A DNA stretch of 64,000 bases from NCBI GenBank assembly GCA_018266105.1, contig JAFEBA010000018.1, forward strand, positions 7,258 through 71,257, in the 5' to 3' direction. Positions 61,675 to 64,000 of the stretch are shown here, one piece after another. The DNA comes from a bacterium. GTDB taxonomy: Bacteria > Vulcanimicrobiota > Xenobia > Xenobiales > JADMJV01. The translations under genes and the position numbers were made by a program. The notes under the pieces were generated by a model, which was not told where the DNA came from, made no database searches, and saw only the letters and a list, made by a program, of their open reading frames with translations. The first letter of the stretch is position 1. Every line of letters begins with the position of its first letter.

Positions 61675-63501
61675 TTGAACTCTAAACAGAACCGGCGAGC
61701 GATCGCTTTGATCACCACCCTGATGATGTCGGTGGTGCTATTGATGATGCTGGTCTCCCTGGTCAGGGCGGTAACCACTCAAGACTATCTGACGCGGGGC
61801 TATCACGACAATGTGGCGGCTATGTACGTGGCTGAGTCTGGCCTGGCCGACGTCATGTCCCATCTGGAGATCGACGGGAGCTGGCAGGAGGGCTTCAACG
61901 GCGAGCCGATGCAGAACCGCCCTGGCAAATACTGGGTGAAGTTCTTCAGCGGCGGGGGCCAGGTGCCGGATGATGCTTCGATCAATAACATTATCGGCAA
62001 CACCGCCCGGCCGGGACCACGTGGAAGGGTGGTCCCAAAAGGCTCGGCTCTGATTGTGGTGACGGCCCGAGTGGGAGCAGCCCAGCGCCAACTGGAAGCC
62101 ATCATCAACAGCTCGGGCGTGATCAATGTGGAGTACCCTTTGATGACCTCCGGCAACATCGAGCTCAAGGGGGCGGTCACCATCGACGGCATTCACAGTC
62201 TACAGGGCTATGAACGCGTGGCTGCGGGAATTCACTCTAATTCCCGCGGTTCGGGCACAGCCAGTGTGACCTGGGAACCATCCAATGCCACCGATAAGGC
62301 CGTGGTCACGGGTAAGGTGAGCTCGGCCGATTCTCGTCCGGTGGGCGTGGGCATCGATTTCGGCTCGGACGCCAGTCGTTACGACGTGGGTGCCTTTGAG
62401 CGGGCGGCGGCCCAGAAGCAGTTTCCAGGAGTGGGCGATATCGACCGGCAGGTCAGCCTGCACGCGGGCGATCCCGCTCCCACTATTCAAACAGCCGGGA
62501 CCACCACCTTGCCGGCGGGTAAGTATCATAAGTCCGGCAACTTGAGCGTTAATGGGGATCTGGCCCTGGACGGCGGGGAATTGTTCGTGGACGGTGACCT
62601 GACCATCAATGGCGGGATTTCTGGCCAGGGGGCCATCTGGGCTTCGGGCAAGGTGACCTTTAAGGGGGATGCCACTCTGCAATCGAGCGAGAAAGCAGCG
62701 GTGATGTCCAAGCAGGGGGTGAATCTGCTGGGTTTCAACGGAGAGGAATACATGGAGGCTTTTGCACAGAGCGACCCGGAGGTTCGGGTGCTCTGGGATG
62801 CCACCAAGCAGGCTCTGGGAGACACTCAGGATTTGCTGCAGAACGGTGACCCGGCCACGATTGTGGGAGCCGGCGGGCCGCTGGACGTGCAGGCTCGCAA
62901 GCTGGCTTACTATCCGGATAGCGCCGAGCTTCCCATTCCCGTGGTCAATCCTGAGGATGCCCTGGTGGGAGGCAACTACTTGGGCAAACTGCAAGAGAAG
63001 CTGTCTGCCCAAAGTCAGGGCCCCTCTCGAGACTTCATGATTCGCAAGCTGGGTGGCTACAAGGACTTCTTCGGAGCCAACACGGCCGGGACGGATGCCA
63101 CCGTGGCCAATCAGTTTTTCAATCGCCCGCGGGTGATGCCGGGGGCCTTTGCAGCTGTGGTCAATTCCTCACGAGTGGATGCTCTGAGCAAGTTGACCTT
63201 ACAGGTTTCCAATGTAAGCTATGCAAAAGCCGGCAGCTCTTACTTTCAGGGAGTGATTTATACCAATGGCCATGTCTTCGCCGCCAACAGCGTGACCACG
63301 CTGGGCGCGATCATGGTGGATGGCCGCGGTCGAACTGATGTCCAACCGAATCCTCTTGATCCTTCGGAGACTTTCAAGCCCGGTCAATTGGTGATGCGGA
63401 AGGGAGCCAACCTGACCTTCGTCGAGGAGTTTTTCGAAGACGGCGACAACGCTCTGCGAATTCGGGGGCCGGTACGGGTGCGCACATGGGCTTCCCGTTA
63501 A
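61675..63501 (+). CDS. Large pseudopilin-like protein (GspK/PilX-like N-terminus), about 608 aa from a TTG start.
   Basis: N-terminus MNSKQNRRAIALITTLMMSVVLLMMLVSLVRAV…AAMYVAESGL resembles GspK/PilX minor pseudopilins. GGGGA lies 4 nt upstream of the TTG. The track ORF starts 33 codons earlier at the shared CATG. Confidence 0.5.
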   Translation: MNSKQNRRAIALITTLMMSVVLLMMLVSLVRAVTTQDYLTRGYHDNVAAMYVAESGLADVMSHLEIDGSWQEGFNGEPMQNRPGKYWVKFFSGGGQVPDDASINNIIGNTARPGPRGRVVPKGSALIVVTARVGAAQRQLEAIINSSGVINVEYPLMTSGNIELKGAVTIDGIHSLQGYERVAAGIHSNSRGSGTASVTWEPSNATDKAVVTGKVSSADSRPVGVGIDFGSDASRYDVGAFERAAAQKQFPGVGDIDRQVSLHAGDPAPTIQTAGTTTLPAGKYHKSGNLSVNGDLALDGGELFVDGDLTINGGISGQGAIWASGKVTFKGDATLQSSEKAAVMSKQGVNLLGFNGEEYMEAFAQSDPEVRVLWDATKQALGDTQDLLQNGDPATIVGAGGPLDVQARKLAYYPDSAELPIPVVNPEDALVGGNYLGKLQEKLSAQSQGPSRDFMIRKLGGYKDFFGANTAGTDATVANQFFNRPRVMPGAFAAVVNSSRVDALSKLTLQVSNVSYAKAGSSYFQGVIYTNGHVFAANSVTTLGAIMVDGRGRTDVQPNPLDPSETFKPGQLVMRKGANLTFVEEFFEDGDNALRIRGPVRVRTWASR

Positions 63502-63926
63502 AGAAGAAGTGTCTGGCCGTTACGGTGGCCGAGGTCATCATGGCTTTTGGCATTGTGGCCGTGGCCATTCTGGCCATTGTATCGGGTTTCATGGGGGCGA
63601 TCGAACTCAACGCTCAGTCTGTGGATATGGCGGTGGCCTCTCAGGTGGGTCGAGATTTTCTAGAGCGGGTTCACGAGTTGGGCTACGACAGTGTACCCGA
63701 GGGGACGTTCGTGTTCGATGGCTCCCGCAATGACCCGCCCAATGCGGATGGGTTCCCGCCCGCCCCTTACCCCAAGGTGACGGCCAACGGCAAGGACCAT
63801 TTTCTTCAGGTGCGAGTGGGCACCAAGGGCGCGACTTTGAAAGTGGTGGTGGTGGAAGTGGTCAACAGTCGGCACGGTCGCGCAGTTTTTGAGACTTACT
63901 TATACCCGGGGTTTTCGACGACCTAG
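63486..63926 (+). CDS. Type IV pilin/pseudopilin-like protein (146 aa) with a non-canonical prepilin leader.
   Basis: …KKKCLA|VTVAEVIMAFGIVAVAILAIV has a hydrophobic N-terminal helix with Glu at +5 relative to a putative cleavage after Ala (canonical is Gly). Confidence 0.45.
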   Translation: MGFPLKKKCLAVTVAEVIMAFGIVAVAILAIVSGFMGAIELNAQSVDMAVASQVGRDFLERVHELGYDSVPEGTFVFDGSRNDPPNADGFPPAPYPKVTANGKDHFLQVRVGTKGATLKVVVVEVVNSRHGRAVFETYLYPGFSTT

Positions 63927-63938
63927 TGATTGCAACCA

Positions 63939-64000
63939 GGCACGAGCGACGGGGGATGAATCTGTTGGACCTGGTTGTGGCCATGGGCTTGCTCATGATG
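63939..64000 (+). CDS. Start of a further pilin-like gene (MNLLDLVVAMGLLMM…), truncated by the window edge.
   Basis: ATG at 63939 followed by a hydrophobic pilin-like N-terminus. Only about 20 codons are visible. Confidence 0.25.

Noticed and set aside
1-64000. Scan for CRISPR arrays, rRNA, transposase or integrase genes, and long perfect repeats.
   Set aside because: No regularly spaced direct-repeat array, no rRNA-like segment, and no recognisable transposase or integrase motifs were seen. The only tandem repetition is the intragenic coiled-coil repeat at about 41040..41525.

Overview
The window is a 64 kb stretch of high-GC (visibly about 65%) bacterial chromosome, gene-dense on both strands. 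Many ORFs in the six-frame track are antisense artefacts, which is typical of high-GC DNA. Where two overlapping ORFs competed I kept the frame whose protein has protein-like composition and recognisable motifs. Where an ORF ran a long Arg/Pro/Ala-rich N-terminus into its upstream neighbour I trimmed it to an internal start, several of which give ATGA-type stop/start overlaps.

Recognisable content:
- Secreted thermonuclease (5452..5931) followed by a secreted EF-hand Ca-binding protein (5986..6279).
- M50/S2P-like membrane metalloprotease with a C-terminal TPR-like domain (6388..8271).
- Two tandem NarL/FixJ response regulators (22568..23829).
- CPT-like P-loop kinase with a signal peptide (24046..24921).
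- TPS-domain exoprotein, i.e. the TpsA passenger of a two-partner secretion system, with no TpsB in the window (25708..29127).
- DUF1428 protein (32830..33177).
- Two tandem tRNA-Gln genes, anticodons CTG and TTG (33855..34020).
- Hybrid sensor histidine kinase (34062..35855).
- GGDEF-EAL protein with an N-terminal coiled coil of roughly 1,100 aa carrying tandem repeats, translationally coupled to a double zinc-ribbon (zf-TFIIB type) protein (38638..43727).
- Degenerate GGDEF protein (44164..45648) and M13 (neprilysin/PepO-like) metallopeptidase (45642..47657).
- fumC (48283..49692).
- Complete alternative complex III (ACIII) gene set for respiration: actA, split actB, actC and a fused actD-E (49816..56014).
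- dinB (56069..57097).
- M48 metalloprotease (60675..61577).
- Pseudopilin/pilin-like cluster at the right edge (61675 onward).

Most interesting feature: an uninterrupted run of about 13.6 kb of co-directional minus-strand genes (21893 down to 8268) with essentially no recognisable family assignments. In transcription order it encodes:
- A PAS domain and a HisKA/DHp domain in the same reading frame, separated by a single TGA; no ATPase domain follows.
- An NlpC/P60- or CHAP-like papain-fold protein with no signal peptide, ATGA-coupled to a small helical protein.
- A 934 aa single-pass membrane protein, followed by a double zinc-ribbon protein.
- A decayed PP2C/SpoIIE phosphatase remnant.
- An ATGA-coupled operon of three very large (730, 900 and 602 aa), Trp-rich, beta-propeller-like proteins that match no family I can name.

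I found no CRISPR array, rRNA, transposase or integrase in the window.
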